Shown piece after piece: positions 60,041 to 64,000 of a stretch of 64,000 nucleotides of DNA. The translations under genes were made by a program, and so were the position numbers. The stretch's first letter is position 1; the number at the start of each line of letters is the position of its first letter. The stretch spans positions 86,800,001 to 86,864,000 of the forward strand of contig OZ287748.1 of the NCBI GenBank assembly GCA_965649765.1, given 5' to 3'. The DNA is from Bispira polyomma (lineage: Eukaryota). The notes beneath the pieces are model-generated. The model was given only the letters and a program-made list of their open reading frames with translations, was not told the DNA's origin and ran no database searches.

Positions 60041-61985
60041 TCCAATCTAATCTAATCTATCTAATCTAGTTGTACTGTTATAGCGCTTAATCTTTGTACA
60101 ACAAACCCAAAACATTAATCAAAAATCAAAAATAGTAGACGGATGGAAGTCGTAACCAGGAAGACCACCAGAAATGGTTGCGACGGCTAAGGTGGAAAAG
60201 CCTGTTAAGAAAGATAGGCCTTCAGCTTACTCCTGAAAGAGGAGAAAGTTTGAGCCAGGTGAACATGATCAGGTAGGCTGTTCCAAATGAGGGGGCCATC
60301 ATGTGCTAGGCACTGATTAAACTGAACTTTAGATTTGAGGATGCGAGGGTCCAAAGTGGGAATGTTAAGGTATAATTTATCAGGGTTACTGTGCCTTGTT
60401 CTGACTGAGAATATATATTTGGATAGATGGGGGCTGAAATAAGTTGGTAATCCAAACAGAATAAACTCAGTCTTCTCAGGGTTCAGCTTGAGTTTATTTG
60501 CTGCCATCCAGTGTTGTACATCAACAAGACAATTCTGTAAGGAAGTGAAAGCTGCCTGGGCAGAGTCCGGTGCAAGGTGGATGTACAGTTGGGTATCATC
60601 AGCATAGAAGTGAAAGTTTATGTTTTTGTATGCAGCAATAATCTTGCTAAGTGGAGTGGTGTACATGGAAAACAAAATAGGACCCAGGACTGAACCTTGG
60701 GGAACACCAAATTTTAACCATGTTGGGTCGGATAAGATATTGCCAATTTTGACCGATTGGAATCTATCAGACAAATATGCCGTGAACCACTTAAGTGCCA
60801 TACCGCTGATACCGAACCAAGACCATAGGCACTCAAGAAGAACTTTGTGATCAATAGTATCAAAGACTGCTGACAGATCCAGCATTACTAAGGCAGTATG
60901 CATACCTTTGGATAAAGATGTATGAAGATAATTTTTGATGCATAGGACTGCAGTCTCTGTAGAATGACCACTTTTGTACGCTGACTGATACTTATTGGAT
61001 AGATTGCTGACGTCAAGATGCTGTTTGATCTGTAAGGCAACCACGCGTTCTACCAACTTAGAGATATAGTAAAAGCCTGGAACAGGACGGTAATTTTCAA
61101 GACAGCCTTTGGAAGAGAAGGTTTTTTTATTAAAGGAGTGACAATGGCCTTTTTAAAATCATTCGGAAAGACGCCATTTACCAACGAGAGGTTGATAAGT
61201 TTTGTGATTGAGGGCAATAAAATGTCAATACATTCCTTAACAAGGAATGTGGGCATCTGACCTAATAGGCAGGATTTTACGGGTGATGCCAGTATAATTT
61301 TCCTGACTTCATCAACAGTTACTGTGGAGAAACAGTTAAAGACGGTTGGTGGAGTTGTAGATAAAGGGGCATTTGGGGCAGCTAATTCTGGTAATTTTAT
61401 CAGTAAAAAAAGTACTAAAAATGTTTGCCAGTGATTTGCTATTGCTAATTTCGGGTAGTATAGTCTGTTTTTTACGGTGGAGGATGCTGTTAAATTTCTG
61501 CCAAAGTTTCTTAGGGTCACCCTCGCTTTGTGAGATGATGTTGGCATAGTAGGCATGTTTGGAGTCATTTATAGTGTTGTTGCACCAGGTGATGCATTGG
61601 TGTAGTCTTGATCTATTTCTGGTGCCATGTTCGTTCAGCTTGTCGGCGCAGCATCTTCATTTCACGATATGTACTGGTGATTCACTCTGGAGCAGGCTTC
61701 TTCAATGTCTTTGATTTACATGGCACATGGCATTCTATAAGAGACTGCAGGTCAGTGCAGTACTATGTGTATAGGTCAGCAACATTATCAGCAGGAGACT
61801 TGACGAAGGCCGTATCTGCCAACTCTCGTCTAAGGTCAGACATATTGATTTTTTGAAATTGCCGAAAAGTGATTTGTGTGACATCAAAAGATGGCGGGGA
61901 GGGAGCATCAATTTGGCAGGATATTAAAAAATGATCACTGATGCAACCAATGTTTTTTTATGCTTCTGATACTATTGAGAGGATG
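60041..61985 (-). mobile_element. 5'-truncated L2/CR1-clade LINE (APE C-terminus + RT), frameshifted and internally deleted
   Basis: ISDHFL endonuclease motif at ~61925-61945; KAIVTPLIKKP, QSAYKSGHSTETA, LDLSAVFDTIDH, GVPQGSVLGP, YADDTQLY; 3' end (TAGAT)n. Confidence 0.95.
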
Positions 61986-63454
61986 ATTGTTTATTAGTGT
62001 CCTTTCAGTCACTACGGAAAAAAAATGAACTACAGGTGGGTTCGGATAATCAAGATTCTACTTTTGTATGTATGTATCATGGGTGTGAAATTTTTAGTGA
62101 TGGAGAAACTTCAGTTGCTAGAACTACACTGGTAATAATTTGGCTGGTCAAGCAGTATACGTTGCATATTTATGTAAATTTATTTCAACATTGTATTTTT
62201 TTCATGTATTGAACAATAAATGCAAATAATTTAAATAATAATTTAAATGATATTATAAACCTGGGTGGTTGTTTTACTGACTACCAGATTCATACAGAGT
62301 TTTTAACCGGACACCTTGGTTGGGTGACATTTCAAAGTGGTGTTTAAATCAATTACATCTGATATAACAAATGTAAAGAGGTCACTAGCTCTAATCATTG
62401 GCAAACAACAGACAATAAATATTAGATATTTGAAATCCAACTAGCTTTACTGCAATAAAATATTCAACCAAAAAGGAGAGATTTGGGTTTTATTTCATAA
62501 ATTGTACTTCTTGGTCTATAAAGCTGTCAGCTGGCCTCTTGAAGAGATATCAGCACACGTATAAATGATTAAATAGTCAATATCTCTCTTATCTCTCACC
62601 CTCTGATAGACTACACCCCTCTGACTTAATAAAAGACTGAACTTGTAGTGGGTAAAGTACAAGCTTTGGAACAGTTATTTGACAAACTCAAATTTTACAG
62701 GAAATTTTCCTTTATTTTAAAACAATATTTTACTTGGGTAAAATGGTGTCATAAAGTCCTCATACACACCAGAAAGTCTACTAGTTTAGATACTGTTGTT
62801 GATTTTTTTATACTTCCAGGTTAATAATACAGTAACTTGACACAACATAACATAGATAATTCAACCCCAAAAATAAATTTACTACTTATAATAACAAATA
62901 TGCATACTCTTATTTGCGTCTTATCTGCTTATAAATTATAATCTCATTTAAAGCTGAATAAAATTTATATAATATACACATCATTTTATCAGGTTTTTTG
63001 TTTCTTAATTTTATAAGAATAAGTAGTCATTTAAGTTTTATGTATTATTTTGTTTTCACCAGTTAAGTTTACCAGCACTACTAGTAACTTTACACACATA
63101 TATACACACATACTTCTCCATTTTTTATTGCCAATCCCCTCAATAATTTCAAGTAGTTTATAATGTCGTATATTTGTGGTAATCTTAGGACTGTCACATT
63201 TGGACATGAGGTTCAGGAGACAATGCTGACAAATCTATAGTTATTATTACACAGGCCCACTCTTAAAGGAGCGGGGGTCATGATAGGGATATCTCTCAAC
63301 CAGCTATATATATATATTACTATATATATTACATTGTATTAAATTATAGATATATGTGTGGATCTCTCGAGTTGTTTATTGCACAGAAAATGTGTACACT
63401 CACAACTTTAAACTGTAAACAGGTATATGTGTACCAACATGGTTAATTAAGATA

Positions 63455-63690
63455 ATTGCAAGGTGCAGTGGTAACACACTGGTCTCTCGCCTCTTCAGTC
63501 ATATGGGTTCGAATCTCAAGTTCTTCACCCAAGTGTGTAAGTGTGAAAGTTGACAGTAAACTGGTTGAGGGTTGGTGGTTTGCAGAGCAGAAAACCTTCA
63601 CTATCAACTATATGGTTTCCTTCACCAGTGAACTGCCTATCGTGATATGACACAAGATGTGTTGAAAGCAATGTTAGACCCAAACTTACC
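63455..63690 (+). mobile_element. tRNA-derived SINE (family B)
   Basis: ggtgcagtggtaacac...gggttcgaatctc...cgtgatatgacacaagatgtgttgaaagcaatgttagacccaaac. Confidence 0.75.
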
Positions 63691-64000
63691 TAAATATGGG
63701 GTATGTATATATAATACCCAAGTTACCCCCATATCTAAAGGAAGAGACTTAGGGTAAGTTGATGATGACTCCTAAGGTTCTTCAGCCTGCCAATGAAGAT
63801 AAGAGCAAATGCGATCTACGGAATCCCCAGAGTAGCCACAATAGGCAAGTAGGCTACAGTGGAAAATGGAATAAATCTGTTGCTAGACAAAATATAAGCG
63901 AACAGAATGAAAATCTGACTTACTGACCAATGCTATGGATGCTTATCTTTGTTGAAAAAAGCCCTCAAAAATCATCATAAATATAATCCTACATTTCTTC

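Noticed and set aside
60205-61568. RT ORFs as an active or domesticated reverse transcriptase or retron-like system
   Set aside because: Frameshifts, an internal deletion, 5' truncation and a LINE tail indicate a dead retrotransposon copy.

Overview
AT-rich animal genomic DNA. The repeat content (HINE/Helentron-type elements, tRNA-derived SINEs, L2/CR1 LINEs) suggests a mollusc or other lophotrochozoan; this is inference. Two spliced + strand genes can be built from the sequence. (1) The last four coding exons of a rather divergent dachshund (Dac/DACH) homolog, covering the DD2/Box-C coiled coil (693-5096, 3'UTR to ~7600). (2) A complete TMEM33 (Pom33/Kr-h2 family) gene (33689-41778, 276 aa), whose third coding intron is a U12-type (minor spliceosome) intron. 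The rest is non-coding, with decayed L2/CR1 LINEs, at least two tRNA-derived SINE families, hAT, Harbinger, mariner/pogo and Helentron non-autonomous elements, short tandem duplications and several enhancer-like islands. The most notable observations are: a ~83-bp LINE 3' tail inserted exactly at a dachshund 5' splice site, duplicating the donor and offering an alternative C-terminus; the U12 intron; and a local cluster of ~14 copies of one MITE confined to 39.6-51.6 kb, some in inverted orientation in the TMEM33 3'UTR. I found no convincing evidence for a wholly new multi-gene system.
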